DNA of 63,046 nucleotides, the filler included, from Octopus bimaculoides (lineage: Eukaryota): assembly GCF_001194135.2 (NCBI RefSeq). It is 4 parts of 4 records of this genome, joined end to end, with 100 filler letters (N's around TTAATTAATTAA, not from the genome) between each part and the next. Parts side by side here need not be neighbours in the genome. Positions count along the whole stretch, not along the records: positions 61,112 to 63,046 come from NW_026398839.1; 3 more parts are not named here. One strand, written 5' to 3'. Position numbers and translations under genes: made by a program. The notes beneath the pieces were generated by a model. That model was given only the letters and a program-made list of their open reading frames with translations, did not search any database and had not been told where the DNA came from. This document shows, piece by piece, positions 62,759 to 63,046 of the stretch (position 1 is its first letter; each line of letters starts with the position of its first letter).

Positions 62759-63046
62759 CTGAGAGAAATATTTTCTTTGAAAAGGGATAAGATAGAAGAA
62801 AGAGATAGGAGACATCCAGTCTTTAGAATGTCCATGCAGGATAGGAAGATGGTCACGTGAAGAAAAGAAAGACGAACAATGGTCACGTGTGAGCAACGAG
62901 AGAGAGAAAAAGAAAAAGAGGGGAGAGAAAGACAGATAGAAAATGGTGAAAGGGAGAAAAAGGGAATTAGGGAGGATGAGCTGAAAACTGGATGGAGTAT
63001 ATGTATGTATACACACGCATATATATATGGGTATATATATATATAT

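Overview
AT-rich eukaryotic scaffold segment with many N gaps and (TA)n/(CA)n/(ATT)n microsatellites. The SINE families and the 5S sequence point to an octopod cephalopod (inference, no database search run). No host protein-coding gene can be supported; the window reads as intergenic or intronic DNA built from decayed transposons. Recognisable content: three or four tRNA-headed SINE families; (TAA)n-associated R4/Dong-type non-LTR relics; an RTE relic; Gypsy integrase plus LTRs; mariner, DD37D and DD41D Tc1/mariner relics; hAT and piggyBac derivatives; several long foldback palindromes; a 5S rRNA copy; and four Penelope-like element (PLE) coding relics. The most notable signal is a PLE/hammerhead ribozyme (HHR) system. 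About eight minimal type I HHR or HHR-like motifs with loopless palindromic helix III occur here, two of them downstream of PLE GIY-YIG ends. One HHR-like motif is the 3' part of a 281-bp element with a tRNA-like Pol III head and a perfect 9-bp TSD (39262-39542), a candidate PLE-mobilised, ribozyme-bearing SINE. Also notable are a 5S+SINE block inside an older SINE and a ~560-bp non-coding element repeatedly inserted in (TAA)n next to a Dong relic. All alignments and folds were done by eye; boundaries of degenerate repeats are approximate.
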